Shown here one piece after another: positions 1-13,010 of a stretch of DNA of 64,000 nt. Each line of letters begins with the position of its first letter. Positions within the stretch are counted from its first letter, which is position 1. The notes beneath the pieces are model-generated. The model did not search any database, was not told the origin of the DNA, and was given only the letters and a program-made list of their open reading frames with translations. Origin of the DNA: the human T2T-CHM13v2.0 reference genome, Homo sapiens. The DNA is taken from assembly GCF_009914755.1 (NCBI RefSeq), contig NC_060927.1, one strand, 5' to 3'. The translations under genes were made by a program, and so were the position numbers.

Positions 1-2055
1 ATCCTGAAAGAAGTGATTTTTTAAAACAAAGCCTTTCCTCTGGATTTTATGCATCTATTCTTAATAGTCTCAAGTAGGAGAAGAGGAACATGTTTTAGAG
101 TAAGGCTGACCTGAGTTTCAGTAGCATCTCTACCATCTATTAGCTTTGTGACCCTGGATATCCACTTTCTTCACCCCACTAAATTTCAATATCTTCATCT
201 ATGTAATGGGAAAGCAATACCTCCTCAAAAGTCTATGTGAAGTTCCTGGCCCTGAGAAGATGATTAGTAAATGATTAACTACCGTAAAAATCATGCCATG
301 GTACCGACCACTTGGTCTGTAGGTTAGGTGACGGCTTGTTTCTTTCCTGCCTTCTCCAGCATCTGCATACCCCCTTTTCTGCATCTGTTCAATGGGGACA
401 CAAACCAGTCTCTATCGAACCTCACCAGGGAATGAAGATAACAAAAGAGCTGGCAGAGACATTATGCTAATACCAAATATTATTAAAACATTAATGAACT
501 CTGGCAATTTCCCTGAATTTTGATAAATGGTGTTTATTATGCACTGCCAGCCTTTCGCACAGTCTGGGCTCTCAAATATTAACTAGATAATAACACCAAT
601 CATTCTCCTAAAAGACCAAGGTACAGAGGAATAAGAAGTGAATCTAGACAATTGCAGCTAACATCTGCCTCCAAAAAAAAATCAGAATCTCTGTACAAAC
701 AGAGAGCATCAGGACAGACCCCAGAGACCACAGTGACCACCAGCAAGCTCAGATCAACCCCACAGCCTGTGCAGAACCCTACTTTGATAAGACAGTGGAG
801 TGTCTTGGTGTTGACAGGTCATTGATTATGACAGCTGTCTACCACCTCCTTGCTCTTCAGTGTAAAATTCCTCCAAACTAGACAAAATGAAAAGGATCTG
901 TGAAGCTGGAGGGGCTTCAGACTTGGCTAACAATCTTACACAAAAAGAGAGTAACATGCCTCACCCCTGCCAACTGCCTGAAACATGAGGCAGTATTTTT
1001 CTCAGCTCCACTAAAGAGGCTTGCACCCAATTCGTGGTTGGCCACTTCATTCTGTGTGAGGGGATAATATCTGTAAGCTGCTAACAATCCCCAGGTGCAG
1101 CTCAGATACAGAACAAAGCCAAGAGGACTGGCCACCCTCCACCCCCCCGCCCTGAAATGAGGGCCTGGTACCACCCAAGTAACACCTTAACAAGCTAGGG
1201 GTCATTAAGAGACTTCATTTGCATAGTCATCAAAGAACCAAAGCTATGGCAAGTGAAACAAAGTGTATAAAAAAAATGATTTTGTTCTTTAAGCCAAGCC
1301 AAAATCTGCTTTAGAAAAAGTAAATCCACATAGGAACCCTTGCTGTCGCCAAACCTCCACTTGTGTAGAGCAGCCAGCATCTCATTAAAGGAAAGCAAGG
1401 AACTCGCAAATGAATGCAGCACCACACACAGGCAAGCAAGCTCATTTCGCCATCTGCCTTCTAGTGTCCAGAGGGGCAAAAGGCTTAAATGACACTCTCT
1501 TGAATCTTCTCTCCTGCAGGTGGAAATGCTAAATTCCCAGGGGGCAAGAAAGACTGCTTGCAAGGTCAACTGGGTAAAAAGGAATAGAAGCAAATCTAGT
1601 TTACCTGTCAACACAATGCCACCCATGGCATTAAACACATGCAAAAATTAAGCACCCTAGAATAATTTACTTTTTTATATTTGGATAAAAGCTTTGCTGA
1701 TTCAGTGTATCAGCTTTGGAGTTAAGCACAGAAGTTCCTCATGAGCCAGGCACTTAAATTTACCCTCCCTACATTATCCCATTTCCTGACCCATGACTAC
1801 CCTAACTGGTGGTGACCCAGTACCTTCTTCTAGTAAATGACCTACGCAAGTGACATCAGAACTGATCTGGGGGCTGTATTAACACAATGGCAGACTTCCA
1901 TTATTTATGCCACAGAGAAAGGCTATGATTAACTAAACAACTTAAGTAACTGCGCTCAGCCTTCTGTGTGTGGCCCCACCTTCCTGACAATCACTGTGTT
2001 GGCTTTTGGCTTTGTAAGCATTTTAGGCTTCCCTGTGGAAGCTCACTCCTACCAG

Positions 2056-2059
<4 letters not shown>

Positions 2060-2086
<27 letters not shown>
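2060..2086. repeat. (TA)n microsatellite
   Basis: Direct observation. Confidence 0.95.
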
Positions 2087-3550
2087 TTAATTCATCTATT
2101 CATCTACATAGTTGAACGGCTGAATCTCTCAATAGTTTTTCAACCTCATACGCAACGTAAGACACACTTGAAGAGTGCGGCGCAAAAGGTAAAAACCAGC
2201 CTAGAGTTTTAACATGTTTCATCTAACTTCCCAACGCGTGAACAACTACCAGCGGACACAGACACGTTCAGTCTGTATTACCCCGTCCTTGGGCAGTGAG
2301 GAAGAAGAAAACCTAGAAGGAAGAAGGTATCCCAGGATAGAAGCAGCAACAGCCGGCTGAAACCCAATTAGATTGCAGGAGAAAGAGAAAAGCCCTGTCT
2401 TAGTCTGTGGCCAAAAGACCTTTCCCAATCAAATTTTTCAACACCTGGAAAATTGGCTTATCTATTTGTAGAGAGCACCCAGAGACGAGCGTTAGAGCAG
2501 CGCTACCCTGGAGTACCAGTTCTTCGGAATGTTGACCGCCGGCCACGCACCGCTTGACAGCCACGGATCCGCTGGCGGAGCCGCAAGTTACAACCCAGGC
2601 GCCTGGCAAACTCACACTACACCTCAGTAGCAATAATCCCAACGGCAGGACACCTGGGGAGGGTGGGCTCGGTCTCCCGGGCCTGGCTCAATTATGTTCC
2701 TTTACACAGCATTCAATCATGTTTCAGGAGCCGTAGGTGAGGGGCTGGAGGTGGGAGTGGGGGACACATTTTCTAGCCCCCGACGTCTCCGCGGTTGGAA
2801 ACTCTGGGCACCTCTTTCGGCCAGCGCTAAGACAATACACAAAGAGCAGGGAACCGGCGCTCCTCTGCGGCCAGAGCTCCGCGCCTAGTCACGGAAGAGC
2901 TGGGAATTAAGAATTCCGAGCTCAGCGAGAGCCCTGAAGAAGCACCGGAAATGCTTCCGATCGCTTCATAAGAGAAGTCAATTTGCAAATCAAAGTTGCA
3001 GGAACTCCGGACGCCTAGACTACTTCAGCGGGTTACTCGGGAACACCCAACAAGTTTGGCCACCGGGGGCTCGGCATGACAGCGCCGCGCCGCGAGACGA
3101 CAGAAGCAACTTGTCGCTCGGGCGCCAAGCCAGAGCCCTGAGCCGTCTCCGCTCCCAAGCTCGGGAGAGCACCCAAGAGCCGGCGTCGGGAAAGCGGAGG
3201 TCCCTGCCTCCGGCAGCCAAATCCCTCAACTGAAGGCACCTCAGGGGCTCACCTGGACTGCACTCGCTTCCAGGGGCTTCCCCCAACAGTGCAACGCTTC
3301 ACCGCGAACGCCTCACCTGCCTGCCAGCCCCAGGTGGCGGAGAAATTAACAAAAGAGCAAGCGAACAGGGGGAAAGGGAGACCCGGCGTAAAGTATAGTA
3401 AGGAGGGGAGGGCAGGCAGCTCGGCTTTCGGCGGAGAAAGAAGAGAGAGGCGGAACAGAGATGGCTTATACCCAAGGCACCGGCTCGGGAAGGCAACCCA
3501 GAAGGGAAGAGGTCGAGAAGCGGCAATGGGTTTTCTACTCCGCTTCCCAT

Positions 3551-3573
3551 CACACACACACACGCACACACAC
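3551..3573. repeat. (CA)n microsatellite, read as (UG)n in MB21D2 pre-mRNA
   Basis: cacacacacacacgcacacacac. Confidence 0.9.
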
Positions 3574-3594
3574 CTCCCCCTTTTTCCTCCTTAC

Positions 3595-3805
3595 CCAGCA
3601 TGGAAAAGATGAAATCCTTGGCTGTGTGAATCTCCAGCGCTCTCTGGTCGTCGTATTCCCGCTGGTCGTGCTTCGTAAATTCTTGGATGAGTTTGTTCAA
3701 TTCCTCCACCCGAGCTCCCGACCTGAAATCCAGCTCCGGGAACGCAGGCTTGTTGTTACAGCCCAGGGAGGCTGCCTTGTTGGCGGTGGGAGCCGCCATC
3801 TTCAT
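3595..3805 (-). CDS. MB21D2: MB21D2 (Mab-21 domain containing 2 / C3orf59) coding exon 1: 70 codons + 1 nt, followed by a phase-1 intron
   Basis: Translation MKMAAPTANKAASLGCNNKPAFPELDFRSGARVEELNKLIQEFTKHDQREYDDQRALEIHTAKDFIFSML-G matches the recalled N-terminus of human MB21D2. ATG at 3805-3803; canonical donor CTGG|GTAAG with GT at 3594-3593; lies in a CpG island. Confidence 0.95.
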
Positions 3806-5234
3806 GCAAAACGCGCCGAGTAGCAGCTCCGCGGCAGCGCGGCACCCACCCCCGCCCCCCACCCCGCCCCCCTGGGCCTCCTCCCCTCGCAGGCTCCCAG
3901 GCTTTGGCCCCGGCTCGTGGGCGGGTTGGCGGGCGGGCGTCTGGGCGGGCAGTCCCCCGCTCCGTGCGCTCTGGGCGTGCGAGCTTCGGGAGGAGCTGGA
4001 CTGCAGCGAGGGTGCGTGTGTGGCCCCGACACCCTTTTCTCCGGCCCCACGCCCGCCCCGATGCTGCGCGTCCCTGCCCTGCCCTGGCCCTCTCTGGCAG
4101 CGGCAACGGCGGTCGTAGAGCCAACTGGAGCCTCCCCCGGGCGAGGAAAGTGAAGTGGAAACAATGTGAAATTCACCAGCTCTGAAATCAACAAGCTGCC
4201 GGCTCCGGTGTTACGGAGCCAGCACCAGCGTCTCCATTTAAAGGGACAGCGCACCCAGTGGAAAGGAAAATAAATAAATGACAGAGGTCTGCACGCATAT
4301 ACCACTTGCCAATCCGTACTTGGGAAGACGCGCGAGGTGTGGATGCATTCTTTCTCCACCTCCACGGCCGTCCCCCCATCCCCTTTCTGGGCAGGGTTTG
4401 CCAAGCGCATTCAAGGAGAAGAAAGTCTTCCTCCGTTTGATTTTAAGGGCGGTGTCCTGGGGGAGGACATCTCTGTGCGCGTTTACCTCTCTATCCCAAG
4501 AACTCCAATACCTTTAAATAGTAAAGGAAACTGCCTTAAGGAATATGAAACCTGTCTTCTACCCTTTTCCTCTTGGATTGCCAAGATGATAGGATTGAGC
4601 GTATAAAAAAAGAGGGTCCACATCTAACCCAGTATTGGCACTCCCACTAACCCCTAGATATCCCTACCTTTGCCCAAGGTAATTAATGACCTGAATAACA
4701 GCTTATTTATCTTAACATATAATGAGTTAATGAGATTCAACCTACTCTAATATAAAGATAGGGAAACTGAAGTGTGGGTGTGGGAGAGGGGAAACAATGT
4801 ATTGCCCCAGGTTCCAAGAAATGTTGGATGACAAGATGAAAATTTTCTCATTCAACAGATAAAATTTGAGTACGCACCATTTGCCAGATGGAGTGACAGA
4901 ATGTGACAGTGATAACCAAAAGACATGGCTCCTACCATGGAGTTAGGCTTACATGACAAGGCAGGTTCAATCTAAGTCATAGTCCTTTAGGCAGAATAGA
5001 GTCTCAGAGGTGGTTTTAGTGTTTATGGGGTGTATCATTCAAACACTTAGGAGGCCCATTGGCTGTGAGAAACATAGGTTATCTTCCTCCCTAATTCTCC
5101 AAAATCTCTCTTCTCTATCCCACAGTCCCTGATTTAGATCAGGTCTGTTTCACTTTCTTACCCGAGTTCTCATGGCCAAGAATACAAATTGTTTTGTTAG
5201 ACATGGAAGGAAGTACGGACTCTTCCATGCCTTC

Positions 5235-5375
5235 CCCTATAAAATGGGAATAATAATTCCTGTCTCACAGGTTGTTTTAAGGATTACGTGAGATAAAACA
5301 GGTCAAGCACTTAGTTCAAGGACTGACATAATAAGTACTTAGCTATTATCAGCTTCTACTATTATTGTTATTAAT
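5235..5375. mobile_element. MIR SINE fragment
   Basis: ctataaaatgggaataataa...gttgttttaaggatta...gagataa core motif. Confidence 0.65.
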
Positions 5376-5630
5376 TCTTTCACTGTTCCTCAATCTAGTA
5401 ACAACTTGTTGCCAGAGTGATCTTTAGAAAACACAGACCTGACCACTGACCTCCCCCTGGAATTCCTCTCTTCTTTACTCCGTTTACACCAAAACCAATC
5501 CGCGTCTGCCTTTTTCTTACAGCTTTCCGGAGACCCTCCCCTCAAGCTGGTGGCAACTTTTCCTTCCTCAGAACCTACTCTCAGAAGCTTTCATATGATG
5601 CTAATGAATTTTGACCTTGCTTCATCATTG

Positions 5631-5815
5631 CTTTTTGTTTTGGGTTGTGTGTGTGTGTGTTTGTTTGTTTCTGAAACAGGGTCTTCCTCTGTAGCCCAGG
5701 CCAGAGTGCAGTGGCACAATCGTGGCTCACAGCAACCTCAACCTCCTGGGATTAAACAGTCCTTGCATCTAGATCTCTCAAAGGGATTACAGGCGTGAGC
5801 CACCACACCTGACCA
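5631..5815 (-). mobile_element. Monomeric Alu (FRAM-like) with (GT)n in its tail
   Basis: Right-arm-type monomer; TSD CTTCATCATTG at 5620-5630 and 5816-5826. Confidence 0.8.
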
Positions 5816-6090
5816 CTTCATCATTGTTAATGCAAGTTTTAGACTAAAAGATTCTTGGGGATGAGGGCTACATCTTATTCATCTTTGTATTTCCTGCAGC
5901 ATATGGTCCTACCGAAGGGTCCTCTATGTTTATTGAATCAAGTAATGAGTGAAGAATTGTGGCATAACCAGTTAATTTCTCTTACTTTTCGTTTCCTTCT
6001 CTTTGAAACACACTTCCTCACCCACTCAGTATGAAAGAGAGAGGATCCATGCCTAGATAAATGCTGGTGGACTGATGAGGAAGTGACTTA

Positions 6091-6475
<385 letters not shown>

Positions 6476-7223
6476 TTAACATTACCTGGGCAGTACTAGA
6501 AGCCACATAAGTGTTTGGAACTCCAGCACAAAGTGATCCACTCCCATCTGTCAGTGCTTCACTAGTGATCAATGGCAGGCACCTGTGCGACAGCTGGCTG
6601 AGGCAGTCATTCCATAGAGCAGAATGGTTCTAGTTACCTCCAAACCATGTACAGTTAAGAAATACTTCAGACAACAAAATCGAAACACTTTTTATTTGTT
6701 AATTTCCAAACATATGAATGAGGCATCACTAATCTTCCCTTAATTTTACCTTTTCTTATGATATTTATATCCATAAAGAAACAACAGGTTGTTAGCAGAA
6801 AGTATTCCTGTTGTGCCGTAGTGCTGGACCCTGGGGGTTTGAATGAGTGAGTGGTCTCTCTGATGTTCCTCATTGTCTGTTCTCCTTCCCGTCAGCCAGA
6901 TCAGATTTCTATGAATCATGGACCCTCAGTGAGCCCGCATATCCAGATAATGTAATTGGATGGTAAACTAACACCTTCCTAGGCTCTAATAGAACGCTGA
7001 TAAGATTGTGTCAATATCCCTTGTTGAATTAGAAGAATAGAGAAAAACGATCAAAAACCATAATTTCCTGAATTGATCTATTGGGAGACTTTTTAACCTC
7101 TGAGCTTCTCAAGGGCAAGTACTGTGTTTCTTCACCTGTGTAAACACTGCATTTAATTTAGTTCTTGACCCATCTTATGACCTTAGTTTATATGTTCAAA
7201 TGAATATATAAAAGAATGAATGA

Positions 7224-7544
<321 letters not shown>

Positions 7545-8820
7545 TCAAAGTCCAAGAAGTCAGAATTTAGGTGATTTTTGCTACAATTTAAATATCTCAA
7601 TGTAAGCTATCTATGGTTTCCCAGTATTTAGTTAAGTGTTGTTATAAATGTAAGTATTTCTGCATGCATTTAATTAAATGCCCCAATTTTTATGCCTTTT
7701 TCTCCCTGTGTATGTTATATGACCTAAGAGAAGGAAGAGAGATAGAGAGGAAGGTGGAGAGAGAGAGAAAATCATTATTAGAAGATGTTAAAGAGTGTCT
7801 GAGGCTTGAATAAAAATGCATATCTCTAGAATTTTGACAGATGGACAAAGGTCAGTGGAGTCTACCATCTAAACAAGCACTAAGGTAGGCTTTTCCTTTG
7901 CTGGCTCTTGCAGCATCAAACAGAACAGAGTAACAGCCTGCATTTCCAAACTGCTGTCACACTTAGAGGTAGAACTTGCCCTTCTACTCCCAACTCCCAA
8001 ATTTTATTAGCATGTGAAAGAAGTCTTCATCTTGCTTCTCTGGAGCTGTTTGTTGTTAAATACAGCTCTGAAGTTCTGTGGCAAACTCTCAGCCATGAAT
8101 AACTGGGCTGTGCAGAGCCTGCATTAAAAATAGCAAGCTCCACATCCACATGATGGATTAACAAAATATAATTTTAAACAAAGATTCTCTGGTCTGAGGG
8201 AGATTTAAATAGCAGCCTAGGCTACAAGATCTGGCCTTCTTGGGCAGCTGGATTTTCAATAAAAGTCTAACAAATGGAAGTGGCCTGGGTTTTTTATGAT
8301 TTGAAATGCAGGCAGGAAAAAGAGAGGCAAACATCACAGACGTGTGGAATGTTGACAGTAGAAGGAACTTAGATGATAAATTCCATCTACCCCACTTATT
8401 TACCAGATGGGAGAATGAGGGCACAGAAAGAGAAGGGAAACTTGACTAGATAGTAGAGACAATTCTGTTTCTATTTTTCATACTAACTTTAAATTTACTA
8501 AATATTTGTTATTGTGTTTCCAGACTGCCAGAAGGAACATGAAAAATGCCACGAAATTTGATCAAAATTATAATTTAAAAAATAAAAATAAAAACAGGAG
8601 AGTGGCCCTTGGGCAAAATGCACTCATTTCACTTGAAGTTAAATCTCAGTAAACCAGAAACTGCTGACATTTGGAATTACTTGGCTACTGATTTTTCCTG
8701 GCAATAGGTAGACAATCAAGACTACAGCTAAATCTCTTTGGTAGTCATAAACAGAGGTGCGCACGTCCCTGCTTGGGGCAAATCGGGCACTGTTACTTCT
8801 AATGAGATTAGGCCGTTTAA

Positions 8821-9129
<309 letters not shown>

Positions 9130-9274
9130 TTAGGCCATTGAAATATTAGCGAGGTCCCCAGAACAATATAAATAACCCTCTCTATTCAGACTATTCAGTC
9201 CTAATAAAGTGAGGCCCATGTGAAGCCCACCTGCTCTGATGTGTTCACATGGTTCAGAGGGCCTAGTCCCAGCT

Positions 9275-9505
9275 TCTCCCTCAACCCTGTATCCTCATAA
9301 CCTTGAGGGCGTGAGTGATCTAGCTATGGAGAAAAGTGCAGCAATGTAAATCTCTCCACTCAGTCTCTCATTTTATTCTCTGCTCTCTCTCTCTCCCCCA
9401 ACCCTGTACTCTAATGACCTTGAGGGCGTGAATGATCTAGCTATGGAGAAAAGTGCAGCAATATCAATCTCTTCATCCAGTCTCTTGTTTTATTCTCTAC
9501 TCCTG
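9275..9505. repeat. Two-copy ~117-bp tandem duplication
   Basis: CCTTGAGGGCGTGA(G/A)TGATCTAGCTATGGAGAAAAGTGCAGCAAT at 9301 and 9418. Confidence 0.92.
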
Positions 9506-9604
9506 CTATACTCAGGGAAGCAAAATCTGTGCGTGTGAAAAGAAGGAAATGAACTCTAGGGATGGAAATAACAATATCTGATAGCAATTATTAACAATTC
9601 CTCC

Positions 9605-10125
9605 TGATAATAGAGCACTTTACAGTTCAACAAAGCGCTCATCACAAAATTCATTTATCGGTTCCTCACAGCCTCTTACTGAAGCAGGTTAGTGAGGACT
9701 ATTATTATTTTTTGCATTTTGGAAATAAGAAACTAAAGCTCAGAGAGATAGTGAAGTTTGTGGCTAATTGTCATCCTTCAGCTCTCTATTTAGATGTCAT
9801 TTCCTTGCAAAGAGCTTTTTCTGGATCTCCTCCACCCCCACACACCCAGGTCTAGGTCAGGTAAATTCCTTTGTAGACTCTCCTTCCCTCTGGACTTACG
9901 TCACTGTTCGTTCTCACACTTCCTTGTATCTGCCTGATAACTTTCCTGTTTCCCTCACAAAAATGTATGCAACACTGTCTGTCTTGATCACAGATGTATC
10001 ACCAGTACCTCTTACTGGATGTGTAGAACATAGTAGATATTCAATAAATGTTTGATTAAAAAGTAAATGCAGGCTCAGACCCCAAATTTGAGTCTTTTGA
10101 TTTACAATCCAAGTTCTTTCCATGA
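9605..10125. mobile_element. MIR and L2 fragments
   Basis: MIR-like aactaaagctcagagag; L2 3' end-like acatagtagatattcaataaatgtttg. Confidence 0.55.
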
Positions 10126-11244
10126 AACCTCACTGAATCTGTTGTTAGCACCCATTGAGTATACAGAAAAACACCAATAATCTCTCACATTTTAGAGAAT
10201 GGGTACGCTTTATCAGCATTTCACATACACAATCTGATTCCAAATTTTGATTCAAGTTACCTTACTGTAAACAAAGCCTTTTGTTCCTCTTCTCTCTACC
10301 TTAAAATCTAAGCTCAGGCCCTTTGCTCAATAAAGTTTACGACAAAATAACTTTAAAAATTAAGTTCATATTTTCAATTCTTCTCACTTTTGGGAAAACC
10401 CATTTGACTTAAACTCTACACATCAGGTAAGAAAGGGCATAGTAATAATTGCAGGTAATTTAAAATAACTCGAAAAATCCTCTTCGCATATTACGACTGC
10501 CTTAACCCCATCAGCTGTTCTGGTGAAACGGTGGGGCCCTCATAACCAATCAATCCGTTGATACTGTTACATTTTGTTCTGGCCCTTGAACTTGCCAAAA
10601 GGCCCTGTTCTGGGTTCTCCACACCAATCCGTATCCTACTTTACATATACTCTGGGTACTGGATCGAGTGCCAAGGATAGACCATAATCCTTTGTCATGG
10701 GAAAAGTGGAGCTGTTTGGCTTGCTTTGCTGTGGTCAATTAGTTAATTAAATATAAATTAATTTAGTTTTTTTTTCTCCTATGTGGCTTCAGAGGGTGGA
10801 ACCAGGAGGGATTGATGGCAGCTACAGACATAAAACTTTGACTGAGGATGTGGAAGCATTTTCTCACAATGAGAGCCACTGTGCACTGAATAGGCTGCTT
10901 TATGAATTAGTAAACTCCCCATCACAGAAGGTGTTCAGGGCTGTGTTATCCACCCATCAGGGTTATGCTAGGTTCCTAAGTTAGTAAAGAGCTGAGACTA
11001 TGGCCTCTGAAATGTCTTTCAACTCTGAGAAGCTCTGACTCTATGATCCATTTTCAGTTAACAGGAAAACTGAAAACTAGCTTCCTACAAGGAGTCACTC
11101 CATGACAGAGCTATGTTCTGCACTAAACACAAGGTGTTTGAGATCTATTTTCATGTAAGGCCCAACGAAGATCAAGGATTATGTCTTTTATTTTTCTAGG
11201 CTTAAAAATACATATTTCCTTGTTTCTGGCTTTTGTTTTCTTTT

Positions 11245-11547
11245 TCTTTCTTTCTTTCTTTTTTTTTTTTTTTTTGAGACGGAGTCTCCCTCTGTTGCCC
11301 AGGCTGGAGGGCAGTGGCGCGATCTCGGCTCACTGCAACCTCCGCTCCTGGGTTTAGGCCATTCTCCTGCCTCAGCCTCCCAAGTAGCTGGGATTAGAGG
11401 CGCCCGCCACCACGTCCGGCTAATTTTTTGTATTTTCAGTAGAGACGGGGTTTCACCATGTTAGCCAGGATGGTCTCGATCTCCTGACCTTGTGATTCAG
11501 CCTCCCAAAGTGCTGGGATTACAGGCGTGAGGCAGGGTGCCCAGCCG
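11245..11547 (-). mobile_element. AluSc/Y-like
   Basis: Antisense Alu with ttagccaggatggtctcgatc diagnostic; TSD GTTTCTGGCTTT. Confidence 0.92.
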
Positions 11548-11849
11548 TTTCTGGCTTTCTTACTGTCCGATTCTAGCAGGTTATTTCATTCCACCCGATA
11601 CAAAGAAGTTCTGTGGTACAGAAACATGCCACAGACATCATATACATACCGTGCAACCCAAATTTATATTTGGAGAAGTTCTCAGTAAAAAGAAAGGGTC
11701 TTCCTTTAACATATTAATTTACATGCTCATTGTTTAATGATAGAAGCCAGTTCTCTGAGCACGTCTATACCATTGGCAAAGGAATTGTTATAATGCCTGT
11801 TTTGTTTTCTAGATCTTGTCCAAAAAAAAAAAAAAAAAAAAAAAAAAAA

Positions 11850-12169
<320 letters not shown>

Positions 12170-12613
12170 CTACACTGTAAGAAGTTTATTGAAAAACTTG
12201 GCTTTCTTTTTTGTTTTCACCTCCAACCATACTCAGTACAGCACAAGAATAGCAGGAGTTGTTTCCCCTGATCTGAGACCTGGTGTGTTGAGTTGTGGTC
12301 CAAAGCTAATTTTAAATTCCAAATGTATAACCTGGAGAGAGACAGAGAGAAAGAGAGAGAGAGAGGATATGAAGAAAATTGTGATGTTCCTTCAGCCCTG
12401 ACAATATTATCACACACACAGCCATAAATATACTTTCTGGACCATGACTTCTAATTCTGCTTACTCTGTTAGTACTTTCTAAGCAGCAGAAAAAAATACC
12501 CTCACACCCTTTACATTCTCTAATGTTTCTTTATAGTCTAATAGAAAAAAATAAGAGAAAAAAAAGGAAGAAAGATAGACTAAAAGAAAACATAGCTCCC
12601 TTATTCTATCTAA

Positions 12614-13010
<397 letters not shown>

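Larger units (their letters stand above)
1..3594 (-). other. MB21D2: Start of MB21D2 intron 1 (continues beyond the window)
   Basis: GTAAG donor at 3594; the continuation of the MB21D2 protein is not found in any frame in 1-3594. Confidence 0.85.
2480..4490. promoter_or_regulatory. CpG island / MB21D2 promoter and 5'UTR; TSS probably ~4100-4250
   Basis: High GC and CpG density, GC boxes (GGGCGG/CCGCCC), YY1 motif AAGATGGCGGC on the minus strand at 3802-3792. The TSS position is inferred. Confidence 0.88.

Noticed and set aside
1195-1644. 149-aa intronic ORF
   Set aside because: No recognisable homology or exon structure; chance ORF.
3299-3594. Open frame continuing past the exon-1 donor (187-aa ORF in the track)
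   Set aside because: Read-through into the intron across a (TG)n repeat; a canonical GTAAG donor sits exactly where MB21D2 similarity ends.
4235-4245. CCATTTAAAGG as an SRF CArG box
   Set aside because: Seven A/T bases between CC and GG; does not fit CC(A/T)6GG.
2400-4606. Many overlapping Pro/Arg/Gly/Ala-rich ORFs on both strands
   Set aside because: Expected stop-codon scarcity in a GC-rich CpG island; no recognisable domains.
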